The translations under genes and the position numbers were made by a program. From an uncultured virus (IMG/VR IMGVR_UViG_3300017746_000005) (Duplodnaviria > Heunggongvirae > Uroviricota > Caudoviricetes): a stretch of DNA of 64,000 nucleotides. The notes beneath the pieces were generated by a model. It saw only the letters and a list, made by a program, of their open reading frames with translations. It ran no database searches and was not told the DNA's origin. Location: IMG/VR virus record IMGVR_UViG_3300017746_000005, positions 1 to 64,000 of that record; one strand, 5' to 3'. Numbering within the stretch: the stretch's first letter is position 1; the number at the start of each line of letters is the position of its first letter. Of the stretch, positions 28,101 to 38,000 are shown piece by piece.

Positions 28101-31100
28101 CTTCCATATATTGGTGACATTCCAGTCTCTGATATTATTGATCTGAGACCTAGAGCTGTTTCTGTAGCTTCTACTTTATCTCCTTTTGAATATAAGTCTA
28201 GAGAATTCAATCCACTCACATCATCGACTACTCACGTATTTTCCAGTAATAAAAACATTAACTTAAGTTATGATTATTATTTGGGCAGAATTGATAAAAT
28301 TTTCTTAACAAAAGATGGAGTTTTTAACAGAGCAGAAGGAGTTCCTTCATATGATCCACAAGTACCAAATAGTGTAGATAATGCTCTAGAGATTGCTACC
28401 CTTGAGATGCCTCCATATCTCTATAGTGTTGATGATATTGAGGTTCAAGTTGCTACCCACAAGCGATATCAAATGAGAGATATTGCTAATATTGATACTA
28501 GACTTACTAATGTAGAATACTATACAAGTCTTTCTCTCCTAGAGACGGAAACTTCTAGTTTGACTATTAAAGATCCAACTACAAATCTTGATAAGTTTAA
28601 ATCTGGATTTTTTGTTGATAACTTTAGATCCAAAGTGGGTGGAGGAGCCGTTTCTGATAGTCAATATAGGTGCAGTATTGACACTGCAGAAGGAGAGGCA
28701 AGACCCGAACACTATACGACATCAATAGACCTTTTGTTGGGATCTGAAGCTGTTATTGGTGCTAGTGCTGCAGGTTCGGCAACTCCAGATGCGGACTATA
28801 GATTCGTAAGTGATCTTGGAGATGCAAATGTTGTCAAGAAAGGTGATATTGTAACTCTCAAATATACTGAGAAAGAGTGGCTTAAGAATAAGTTTGCTAC
28901 TAGAAGTGAAAATGTAAACCCATTCCATGTTGTAAATTGGATTGGAGTTTTAGAATTGAATCCAGCAACAGATACTTGGATTGATACTAGAAAAATTCCT
29001 AGTATGACCGTAGATATGGAAGGTAGCTACGATGCCATGCAAGGAATGGTTGGTGGGACAGATAGTAATACTGGATTATCTCCTATTCAGTGGGGTGCGT
29101 GGGAAACGACTTGGACTGGTAAAACTAGGACCAAAGGTCCTGTTATCCTGAAGAAGAGTAAGAGAGTCAAAGGCTCTATGAAGAAGAAGAAAAAAAGAGG
29201 AAAGTTTGTACGTGGTAGAGGTATTCCCGTTACTACTACTAAAAGGTGGAAGCAGAAGGTTACCAAGATTCGGGAAGTAACCACTGTTAAAACTGGAACT
29301 AAATCTAGAGACGGTATACAATATAAAGTGGAAGAGTCATTTGACTCGAAGAGTTTAGGAAATAGGGTCGTTTCCAGCGATGTTGCTGCTGTGATGCGAT
29401 CTAGGAATATTGAGTTTGTTTGTAAGAGACTAAAACCAAATACGAGACTTTATGCATTCTTCGATAATATCGATATGAATGCCTTCATTGTTCCAAAACT
29501 TATTGAAATTGAAATGGTAAGTGGAACCTTCGGTGTTGGTGAAATTGTTGTTGGAAATGGAACTAACTCTACAAACAAGAGTATTAAGTTTAGATTGGCT
29601 CAACAAAATCATAAGTATGGTCCGTATAATGTTCCGACTCAGACGTATACCAGCAATCCATATAATGTTGATAATAGTATCTCTGGATCATATTCCTCAA
29701 CTACAGGGTTACTTAATGTAGACACTGCGTCTCTTGAACTTCAATCTGCATCTGGATTCTTTGGATGTCTTGCTAAGAGTATGACCTTAGTTGGTCAGTC
29801 TAGTGGTGCTATTGCAAAAGTTAAAGATATTAGAATTGTCACTGATAGAGCCGGTGTTGTAATCGGATCTTTGTTTATCCCCGATCCAACTGTACCATCT
29901 TCACAAGTATTCAATACTGGTAGTAAGACTTTTACACTGACTTCTAGTTCAAGTAACCAGACTATTTCGGGATTTACTGATAGTTCTGCGGAAACGACAT
30001 TTATGTCTACGGGAACAATCAATAACACTCAAGAAACAACTCTACGAATTCGTAATGCTAGTGTTGAAAGGGTTCCCACATCAGAATCTAAAGATGTAAG
30101 CAGAAGCAGAACTAGATTAAAAGCAACAGTTAAATTTAAAAATAGAAAGAAAAAACAAACAAGATGGGTTGACCCACTTGCACAGTCGTTTGAAGTTCCA
30201 GATGAAAACGGAGTTTTCCTCACTAGTTGTGAAATTTACTTCAGAACAAAGGATGCTTCCGAATTGCCCGTAACATTGCAAGTCAGAGATCTGGAACTAG
30301 GTTTACCTACGCAATCAATTTTGCCTTTTGGTGAAAAGGTTCTTGATCCATCTGAAGTTGTTACTTCAAACGATGGTAGTAAAGCAACAACATTTACCTT
30401 CGATTCTCCTGTATATTGCCAAGGAGGAAATGCATATGCTTTGGTTCTTCTTTCGGCTTCCAATGAATACACAGTATTCATCTCTAGAATGGGCGAAGAG
30501 GATATTTCTACTATAAACAGCGCGGACTCTGAGAAGATTATTGTTTCCCAACAACCACTTCTTGGTTCACTATTCAAATCCCAGAATGGTGCTACATGGG
30601 ATCCAAGTCAGTTTGAGGATCTGAAGTTCAATCTTTATCAGGCTCAATTTAGTTCCACAAGTGGAACTGTTAAATTCTATAATCCTGATCTAGACATTGG
30701 CAACAAACAAATTGTTACACTGAGTAATAATCCTCTTAATATGTTATCCAATAATACCGTTATTGGTCTTGGTAAGAGTTTGACTTCTAATGAAGTTGCT
30801 GGTCTTGTTGCGGGTACAACCATTGGACAAGAAAATAATGCAAACTTCTCTGCAAAACTTATCAAGGTTCTTGGTGCTGTTGGTATTGGAAGTGTTCTCG
30901 CCCTAACGAGTGCAGGAAGTGGATTTGCAAATGGATCCCCAACATATACTGATGTTCCTCTAGTTAGTTTGACTGGAAATGGATCTGGTGCAAAAGCAAC
31001 AATTGTCGTTGGATCTAATCTAGTAAGTTCTGCTACTGTTTCTGCTGGAGGCACTGGATATTCTGTTGGTGATGTATTGACTGCAGATCCAATCAATACT

Positions 31101-32678
31101 GGTGGATTTGGTTCCGATTTACGACTTTCTATTAAAAATGAAGTGGGTATTATTAGTGCCTTTAATACACTAATTGTTGACAGAGTTCAAGGTGTTCCAA
31201 GTGTTGATGCATCCTCTGCGGTTGTTTTTACAACAGGTGCTGGATCGACATCAATTATTTCCGCAACTTCTATTCAATATGTTGACAGTATCAGTGATGG
31301 ACTGACATTTATGGTCAAACATAGTAACCATGGAATGTATAGCCCATTGGATATGGTTACACTTTCAAATATGGAAACTGATGTAAAACCAGAAAAACTC
31401 ACTGCCAAATATAATTCTTCTTCGACTGATAATCTTTCAGTAACCAATGTTGGAGTTTATACTAGTTTTGAAAATGTTCCTGTCGATTCAAATAATCCTG
31501 GATATTTGAAATTAGGTGATGAAATTATCAAGTATACTGGAGTCACCACGACCTCCAGTGCAGTTACTGGTATCACTAGAGCTGTTGATGATACTACTTC
31601 TGGAAATTATTCTGTAGATGATCTACTTTTCAAGTATGAACTTAATGGTATTTCATTGAGAAGAATTAATACCTCGCATAATCTTGGTGAAGTAAACATC
31701 ACTAAGTATCCAATTGATGTTGATTCTTATTGGTTGAAGGTTGGTATTTCTAGTAGAGGTGTTGATAGAAGTCCTGGAAATGCTACTGGATTACCAGAAT
31801 TATATTGGAATGAAACCAAGTCTGCTGGATCTTATATTGCGGAAGGCGCTAATACTGGTTCGGGTAATGTTCCAAGAGCTACCCAAAATATTCCCTTCAA
31901 TATATTGAGACCAAACTTCACTATCTTACAACCAGATGGAACCAGTGTTTCTGCATCTTGTAGGACATTTAGTGGAGATAGTCCAGATGGAAACCTGGGA
32001 GCATTCATTGATCAGGGATTTCAACCCATCTCCTTGGAAGGTGATAACGAATTTACTTCACCAAGAATTATTGCATCTAAAGTAAATGAATTGACTAGAT
32101 TGGAGAATTATCCTGGAAGAAAATCATTTGCAATAGAAGTTACTCTTAACACTGAAGATGAATTTGTTTCTCCGCAAATTGATTTGGACAGAGTAAGTGC
32201 TGTCTTCATTATGAATAGACTCAACAATAAAGTTGACAACTATGCAACTGATAAACGAGTGAATTCTATTGATAATGATCCAAATGCTGCCATTTACTTA
32301 ACTCAGGTTATTAATCTTGATAAGGCTGCAGATGGATTGAAAGTTATGTTTGATGCATATAGACATCATACAAATGAAATTAGAGTTCTTTACAGGGCAT
32401 TCCGTGTTGATGCACCTTCGGGAGATCAACTATTCCAGTTATTCCCTGGATATAAAAATCTAGATCTTTCTGGTGGAATTATCGATCCTGCCAAAAATGA
32501 TGGGTTACCCGACAAGTTCGTTCCCGCATCTGATGGATATGATGATATTAATCCATATGAATTTAATGTCTCAAATATTGCACAGTTCAATGCATTCCAA
32601 ATTAAAGTTTGTATGTCTGGAAGTAACTATGCTTACGTTCCAAGATTGAGAGACTTCAGAGTTATTGCTACAATTTAA
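25143..32678 (+). CDS. VrlC-like / DUF4815 giant virion structural protein (2511 aa)
   Basis: MPQNTNLNSSPYFDDF, VLFKPG.P.Q.RELTTLQSILQNQIE, APGADRLKI, LARRTYDESGDY, DPLAQSF, GSLFKSQN..TW...Q.EDLKF motifs. Confidence 0.88.
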   Translation: MPQNTNLNSSPYFDDFSASNNYQRVLFKPGLPIQSRELTTLQSILQNQIEKFGKHMFKEGSVVIPGQIAYDDEYTSVQIDESHLGLPVSLYLNSLKGKRIKGETSGVKAKIEDYITNSESEKSNYTLYIKYEGASENDFSGTTFTDGENLIAQEDIDYTLSSIRTGTSFATAIISNSTAVGSAAKLANGVYFIRGFFVDVPDSTVILDQYADAPSYRVGLDISEELVTASDEYNDLYDNARGFSNFAAPGADRLKISTKLIKKSLNDFNDENFIELLRIEEGDIRKFSNTTTYDLITDELARRTYDESGDYYITPFGINVKETLNDRIGNDGAYYSNQTTQQGNIPSKDVVSLSIGPGKAYVRGYEVETLNTSTLDIPKPRTTENVVNEALPFSVGRTIEVNNVYGSPAVGLGTEGLLNLYGSRTATPGSVSGLHVGVARLYDFRLRDAAYANEGTTFRASLYDIQTFTYLQLNAESSINVPAFIEGQNSSASGFVFSASSKSNQLVLYQVNGEFQNNEEILVNGERINRSITEFDDYGIQDVYQIASSDGVAFTADTKLTNKIRFAEPGSEYTVSIESAGVSTITSPNANFGAVSGISTGDVIAYSKAATATPSYAVVKQIGTNARSIIVEATTTVTNVNVGALPTSEITASDVNKVTLEILNSGSNTLYAELTEPNVSSVNLNDAEIIFKKTYYIAVSSGAYSATLESDSSLTLEPYDAEDYNVSFDSTGTTESLSDQKLTVSGRTVTLSQMSEDGAATLTVTWKKKNPKAKNKVFSRANTIQISNSSTNTSGIGNSSGNDGLTFSEVYGTRVQDKRISLGICDVARVAAVFESSSNSSPQLPKIILTDLNASITNALKGESIVGETSGASAIFVETNGTNEASFIYENESVFQSGETVIFQDSNISANVQSFLSGDRDIKNNFEFDPGQNEDYIDFSSLIRKNSANAPTKRLTVVYDSFVIENSDPGDLVSVDSYDATLYGNTLPYIGDIPVSDIIDLRPRAVSVASTLSPFEYKSREFNPLTSSTTHVFSSNKNINLSYDYYLGRIDKIFLTKDGVFNRAEGVPSYDPQVPNSVDNALEIATLEMPPYLYSVDDIEVQVATHKRYQMRDIANIDTRLTNVEYYTSLSLLETETSSLTIKDPTTNLDKFKSGFFVDNFRSKVGGGAVSDSQYRCSIDTAEGEARPEHYTTSIDLLLGSEAVIGASAAGSATPDADYRFVSDLGDANVVKKGDIVTLKYTEKEWLKNKFATRSENVNPFHVVNWIGVLELNPATDTWIDTRKIPSMTVDMEGSYDAMQGMVGGTDSNTGLSPIQWGAWETTWTGKTRTKGPVILKKSKRVKGSMKKKKKRGKFVRGRGIPVTTTKRWKQKVTKIREVTTVKTGTKSRDGIQYKVEESFDSKSLGNRVVSSDVAAVMRSRNIEFVCKRLKPNTRLYAFFDNIDMNAFIVPKLIEIEMVSGTFGVGEIVVGNGTNSTNKSIKFRLAQQNHKYGPYNVPTQTYTSNPYNVDNSISGSYSSTTGLLNVDTASLELQSASGFFGCLAKSMTLVGQSSGAIAKVKDIRIVTDRAGVVIGSLFIPDPTVPSSQVFNTGSKTFTLTSSSSNQTISGFTDSSAETTFMSTGTINNTQETTLRIRNASVERVPTSESKDVSRSRTRLKATVKFKNRKKKQTRWVDPLAQSFEVPDENGVFLTSCEIYFRTKDASELPVTLQVRDLELGLPTQSILPFGEKVLDPSEVVTSNDGSKATTFTFDSPVYCQGGNAYALVLLSASNEYTVFISRMGEEDISTINSADSEKIIVSQQPLLGSLFKSQNGATWDPSQFEDLKFNLYQAQFSSTSGTVKFYNPDLDIGNKQIVTLSNNPLNMLSNNTVIGLGKSLTSNEVAGLVAGTTIGQENNANFSAKLIKVLGAVGIGSVLALTSAGSGFANGSPTYTDVPLVSLTGNGSGAKATIVVGSNLVSSATVSAGGTGYSVGDVLTADPINTGGFGSDLRLSIKNEVGIISAFNTLIVDRVQGVPSVDASSAVVFTTGAGSTSIISATSIQYVDSISDGLTFMVKHSNHGMYSPLDMVTLSNMETDVKPEKLTAKYNSSSTDNLSVTNVGVYTSFENVPVDSNNPGYLKLGDEIIKYTGVTTTSSAVTGITRAVDDTTSGNYSVDDLLFKYELNGISLRRINTSHNLGEVNITKYPIDVDSYWLKVGISSRGVDRSPGNATGLPELYWNETKSAGSYIAEGANTGSGNVPRATQNIPFNILRPNFTILQPDGTSVSASCRTFSGDSPDGNLGAFIDQGFQPISLEGDNEFTSPRIIASKVNELTRLENYPGRKSFAIEVTLNTEDEFVSPQIDLDRVSAVFIMNRLNNKVDNYATDKRVNSIDNDPNAAIYLTQVINLDKAADGLKVMFDAYRHHTNEIRVLYRAFRVDAPSGDQLFQLFPGYKNLDLSGGIIDPAKNDGLPDKFVPASDGYDDINPYEFNVSNIAQFNAFQIKVCMSGSNYAYVPRLRDFRVIATI

Positions 32679-32887
32679 TGGATAAAATAAAAGTTGAAAG
32701 TAGCCACTCTCTATATCGAGATAACGAGACTGGAGCAGTGATAAATTGCAATGATGGTGCATATGAGTCGTATATCAAACAAAAAAGAATTGCGGCTCAA
32801 AAATCATTAGAAATAGATGAATTAAAAAATGATGTTAGTGAACTTAAGGTCATGATGAAACTCCTTCTGGAAAAATTGGATAAATAA
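32678..32887 (+). CDS. small coiled-coil virion-associated hypothetical protein
   Basis: LYRD..TGAVIN and C-terminal heptads EIDELKNDVSELK; typical gene following VrlC-like genes. Confidence 0.8.
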   Translation: MDKIKVESSHSLYRDNETGAVINCNDGAYESYIKQKRIAAQKSLEIDELKNDVSELKVMMKLLLEKLDK

Positions 32888-32909
32888 CTAAAATCTTCCT
32901 TTTTGTGTA

Positions 32910-33242
32910 ATGGCAGCTAGAAATGTCAATTTAGTCATTGAACAAAACGTTGATTTTGAAGCAACCTTTACTATTAAGAATGCGAATAATTCGCCATTAA
33001 ATTTGACTGGGTACTCTGCTCTAGCGAAGATTAGAAAACACCCAGATGCGACAAAATACACGAATTTTGTTATCTCTTTCCCAAATAGAATCAATGGTGT
33101 CGTAAAAGTAGCCCTTGCGGTAACTTCTACTGGAACTTTGGAGGGAGGAAGATATGTATATGATCTGGTACTTGTTTCTCCAAACAATTATAAGACTAGA
33201 CCTATAGCAGGAAATGTTTTAGTGTTACCTGGAGTATCATGA
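32910..33242 (+). CDS. small beta-sandwich virion structural protein
   Basis: NLVIEQ..DF...F, NLTGY...AKIRK, GRYVYD, G.V.V.PGV motifs; GATAAATA at 32879-32886. Confidence 0.8.
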   Translation: MAARNVNLVIEQNVDFEATFTIKNANNSPLNLTGYSALAKIRKHPDATKYTNFVISFPNRINGVVKVALAVTSTGTLEGGRYVYDLVLVSPNNYKTRPIAGNVLVLPGVS

Positions 33243-33916
33243 CTGATTACTTAGTAAATTTAAATAGTCCTGGATCATATTCAGTCGGAGTTGACTACGA
33301 AATTCCATCGAAGTCAACTCAGAACACCAACCTCATCATTGATGACATTAATGGTCAATTCAATGGTATTGGTGTTACTTTTTCGTTAAATAGTGGTGGC
33401 GATACATATAATCCATTAAATGACCAACAACTGATTGTTTGTAAAAACAATCTGGTCATGGAACCAGGAGAAGATTTCACCATTGCTGGTGATCAACTTA
33501 TTTTCTCAGTTGCACCAGTTGTTGGTGATGACGTATTCATCATTGCTCTTGCAACTACTGCGGATCTGACAAGATCAGTTAATTTTGTTATTGATAGTGG
33601 ATCTCAGGCTATCTCCCCAGGAAGCAAAGGCAAAGTTACTGTCGATGTTTCTGGAACAATAGAATCGATCAAAGTGTTGAGTGATCAAACAGGAGATATT
33701 GTTTTAGAGGTATCGAAATCTAACTTCCAAGATTTTCCTACATTTACAACAATTACTGATAATCAACGAGTTCAACTACAAACCCAAAATAAGTATGTTG
33801 ATGATGTACTAAATAATTGGGATAAGACGATCGTTGCTGGTGATATATTAGATTTTTCAGTAGTCAGCTCAACAAACATGCGAAGGTTGCTGATCTCTTT
33901 AAAATTAAAATTATAA
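33239..33916 (+). CDS. virion structural protein (225 aa)
   Basis: IDDI..QFNG....F.L motif shared with gp7-like proteins; ATGA overlap with the upstream gene. Confidence 0.75.
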   Translation: MTDYLVNLNSPGSYSVGVDYEIPSKSTQNTNLIIDDINGQFNGIGVTFSLNSGGDTYNPLNDQQLIVCKNNLVMEPGEDFTIAGDQLIFSVAPVVGDDVFIIALATTADLTRSVNFVIDSGSQAISPGSKGKVTVDVSGTIESIKVLSDQTGDIVLEVSKSNFQDFPTFTTITDNQRVQLQTQNKYVDDVLNNWDKTIVAGDILDFSVVSSTNMRRLLISLKLKL

Positions 33917-33919
33917 ATA
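33912..33919 (+). promoter_or_regulatory. T4-type late promoter
   Basis: exact TATAAATA. Confidence 0.7.
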
Positions 33920-33962
33920 AGTATAGTTCTTAAAGTCTAACCCTTACGAGGAGTTGTTTTCG

Positions 33963-34970
33963 ATGGCATTACTAGTTCCCAATATTGGTGAAATTGAGTC
34001 TCTCCGTTATCTGATTGCTCAGAATAACTTTGTTGCAGACTTGGAGGATACCTCACCAAGAAATCTCGTTCTTAAACTATTTACGAGTAACACCACCCCT
34101 GCTGAGGGTGATGTTCCTTCCCAGACTGCATATTTTGAACCATATATTGACGGAAACGTTAATGGTTACGGAACTACTGCAAATACTGGTTACCCCGTCT
34201 GCGTCGATAATAGAATCGACCAAGACTACACCGCACAGTACGGTGTGCTTCTAAATGGATCTCGCTGGGTTATTAAGAACGTTGGTAGTGGTACAACCGC
34301 AACCTATCCCGAACAGACTTTCACCTTTACTGGACCTGCTGGTAATATCTACGGTTATTATGTAACCAGAGCAAACAACATGCCTGTATCCGTACAGGGT
34401 GTTAACCACGCAGCTAGTGTGGGTATCGGAACAACCGTCACCAAGGGTAACAACACTGATCCATGTATTGGAGTTGTTGGTAACAGATACTTCGTTGTTG
34501 ACCCACAGGTCTCCATCAACGATCTAACTCTTGGACAGTATGTCGCTGGTAACGCGGGTGTTCAGACTGGAACGCGAATTATTGGTCTCGATCGAGCATT
34601 GCAAGTTGTCTATCTAGACAAACCACTGATTGATAACATTCAGGTTGCAACTGATCCATCAGTTACCTTTAGTTTCGGTAAGATTGCTATTGTCAACCAC
34701 GGTCTTCAACGAGGAGATATCCTTTACGTTGCTGCTGGTGCAGGTAATACAACTCTTGAATCTAATGTTTATACCGTCTTTGACGTACAAAACGCTGACG
34801 AGTTCGTAACCACACCGTCTCTAACCGCAACATCCAACGGTGTTCTTGGACTGAATACTGCGACCCTGTACTCCAGCATCATGTACGCTGAGAGATTCAC
34901 GAATGGTCCATACAACATTCAGAACAACGGTGACCAAATTAAAATCACCCTGAACGTCGCACTTGACTGA
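33963..34970 (+). CDS. virion structural protein (335 aa), probably highly expressed
   Basis: MALLVPNIGE..SLRYL, YAERFTNGPY.I.N.GD.IKIT; GAGGAG SD upstream of ATG 33963; own late promoter and downstream terminator. Confidence 0.8.
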   Translation: MALLVPNIGEIESLRYLIAQNNFVADLEDTSPRNLVLKLFTSNTTPAEGDVPSQTAYFEPYIDGNVNGYGTTANTGYPVCVDNRIDQDYTAQYGVLLNGSRWVIKNVGSGTTATYPEQTFTFTGPAGNIYGYYVTRANNMPVSVQGVNHAASVGIGTTVTKGNNTDPCIGVVGNRYFVVDPQVSINDLTLGQYVAGNAGVQTGTRIIGLDRALQVVYLDKPLIDNIQVATDPSVTFSFGKIAIVNHGLQRGDILYVAAGAGNTTLESNVYTVFDVQNADEFVTTPSLTATSNGVLGLNTATLYSSIMYAERFTNGPYNIQNNGDQIKITLNVALD

Positions 34971-35001
34971 TTCATATATAAAATAGAATATTTGTCATGG
35001 T

Positions 35002-35036
35002 GGGGATTGCTTTATTATCAAGGCAGTCCCCTTTTT
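35002..35036 (+). terminator. rho-independent terminator
   Basis: stem ggggattgctt / aggcagtcccc followed by TTTTT. Confidence 0.8.
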
Positions 35037-35059
35037 CATCAAATGATAAGAATTAAACT

Positions 35060-38000
35060 ATGGCCGTTTATGTCTACGATACCAATAAGGTAGATATATT
35101 CGTTTCGGAAGATAAGGGTTTGGTAACCACTTCCGTAACGAGTACGGCTGACTATGGCAACATTTCAGACACTGCTGACGATGATCGCGGTGCAGATAAT
35201 TTCAATCCTTGGTATTTTGGATTAATTACAGACCTAGCGGATGTCTTACCATTTGGTAAGTTTGATGTTGGTGGAAACGCATTACCACTAATTTCTCCAG
35301 CTATTCCTGGTTCTGGATTATTCCGCATAGAAGATATTGCAGAAGTATCGTATGTAACCCCCTGGAGAGGGTCTGGGACCCTCTTTGAGATCGGTGGAGG
35401 TCTGGAAAGACTTGTCATCCCAGACTTGGGTGCCGCAGGACCATCTCCGTCCATATACGGACAAGCAAAAGAATCGAATACATTTGTCACAGTCGGATCT
35501 GGTATACTCGCTCAACTTTCAGATAAAGGGGAGACAGCCAAATTTAACCGATATCCTTGGGACGCTACAGGTACTCTTACCCTCAGTGGATATAACGGTA
35601 CATTATTTCCAGACGACTTTATCGCTGTCATTAAAAATGTCGCGAAAGTCAAAGGCGTTGCGCCTACTCGTGTCATTTATGACTATAGTCTGGATCCAGA
35701 CACCAAATTTGATGCCGAAAACTACGGATTCGTATTCAATACATCAGGTGGTAAGTTCTCCGATGCGGAAGATCTAACCTTCGATAGAATCATCACTACG
35801 AACAAGGATAGATCCTTTAGTGATGATGATCAACTTGAATATGAGAATTTAGGTGATATCACTGTAAATACTCAACAGAAAGATCTTCCTGTTGACATTC
35901 TGCCAGATGATTTGGTTGATTACCAAGTCAACTATCAGAGAACACAGATCCAAGGTAGTGGTAGTGGTATTGGTCCTACTGGTGGATTTGACATCGGTAG
36001 ACATGTTAAATTTGGCACTGGTAATGGATCAAGAGAATTCTATTGGAGATTTGACACCACAAACTCCGATTACATTAAATTATCTGTCATTAGGGGTAGT
36101 GATACGAATGGTGGTGAAGATCCAGACGAGACTCAAGAAAGTCTATATCTCGATAGATGGACTGGAAGTAGTTGGATAAGAATTTCTACTGTTTGTGCAT
36201 ATAACGATACTACATTTAATTCCTTAAAAGAAGTATCAATTCCTCTCACTGCACAAAACAGAGGTAATTACTTCTATAGACTCAGACAAGATAATTCAAG
36301 TAATAATGCCAACTGGGATCATTATGGTGTTACTAGCATCACATATGATCTTCGTCAAACATTCCCAATTGATGTTGAAAATAACGGAGTCATTGAGAGA
36401 AAACTCGGTGGTGGATTGTTCATGCACGATTACCAGGCAACTGGTATCAGTGCATCAGAATCTATCCCATTCGCATATTTTGGTACTGGATCTCTATTTG
36501 CACTTGGAGAACTCGATCCAGAAAAAGATGTCGATCAGATATTTGGATATGCAGGTTCTGGTGGATTCAATGTTATTGGAGAGAACTTCTTCAGTCAGGC
36601 TCCACAAAGTACAATATTCGGTCTCGAAGGAGAAATTTCCTTCAGTGGATCTTGTGTCGAAAGATTTGTTCCTGCAACTGTTGATAATACAGTACTCTTC
36701 AATCAAGTTGGTTCTGCTAACGATAAGATTATTTGGCAGGCTGGGGAACGTAAGGTCACCATCAGACCAATTGGATTTGGATCTGTACTTCTTTCTGATA
36801 CTCCACCTACATCTACGGCAACTCTGGTTGTATCTGGTGCAGCATCGAATCTCGAAAGAACATTTGCAGATGGCAATGTAAGTCTATTCGATATCGGTGG
36901 AGATGCTGGCAATCCACTGAGTGCAAGATTCACTCCACACTTTAGATCTGCAAGAGGAGATATTGTTCTCCCAGACGAAGATTGGGGTCTTATTGTTAAC
37001 TCGGCTACCGAGTTTGAAGATTGGGGTTATATCCGAGAAGTTGCAACTACTTCTATCGTATTTGGAGATATTCTTTCTCCATTCAATTACGTTCAGATTG
37101 GTGGTCAACATTATCCAAGTACAGATACATTCTCTGTTGGAGAGTCTTCGCTCACCAAACAGACACTTGGATTTACTGGAATTGCAACCTTCAGAATTTC
37201 CGAAGATTCCAGTCTGGAAAGAACGTTCGGATACGAATCTTCTGGTATTACTGGTATTGCCACCTACAAGGCTGGTATCAATATCTTTGGTTACAACTGG
37301 TTCAGTCAGGCTCCACAAAGTACAGTATTCGGTCTCGAAGGTGAACTTACTCTTAGTGGTTCTGCGAGTGAGTCGGTCACTCCATTCATTGAACCTCAAG
37401 GAACTGATGGAAACTTCACTTTCCTATCTGGTTCCGCAGAAGCAAGATCAGTTGCACCCTCTCCAGCAGGTGATGTATATGTTGGCGGAACTGCAGATAT
37501 TGTATTCAGTCCTACTGTTACTGGTGTTGGTAGTGCTACACTCCGTACAGGTAGAGAAGAGTTCCAGACATACCTCAGGATCATTGATCCTGATATGGAT
37601 CTTGTTCTCACCACAATTGGTGGTGGACTTGTTAATGAGGACTTCGTTAAGAGTTACAATGAATCCTCAATCTACTATGGTCCTCAAGATGAAGATTATG
37701 GATCAATTCTCAATGCAGCTGCATATGGGATGGGTCTCAACTTCTCTGGTGCTGCATCTGATGTTGAAACCTATGATGATGAGACGAACACTTATGACCA
37801 AGATGTACTGTTCAGTAGTGACGGTCTAACTTATGACCAGAGCACTGGTGGAACAAGTATTCTTCCAAGTTTCGACAAAACAGAATCGTTCCCTGTCAAC
37901 TTTGGAACTACTGTCGTATCTGAAGATCTTGGTACTCTCACCGAAGGAAATCCAATTCCAGGTGGTCCAGCATATGATCAATACCTATATCCAAATTACA

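Noticed and set aside
33938..33956. Small cct-TACG-agg hairpin overlapping the SD of the 335-aa gene as a translational switch
   Set aside because: The stem is very short and lies wholly downstream of the late promoter, so it does not fit the T4 early-transcript occlusion pattern; too weak to support.
36590..37341. 41-nt near-perfect repeat as a DGR TR/VR pair or mobile-element end
   Set aside because: Single mismatch, both copies in frame inside one CDS; best explained as an intragenic duplication.
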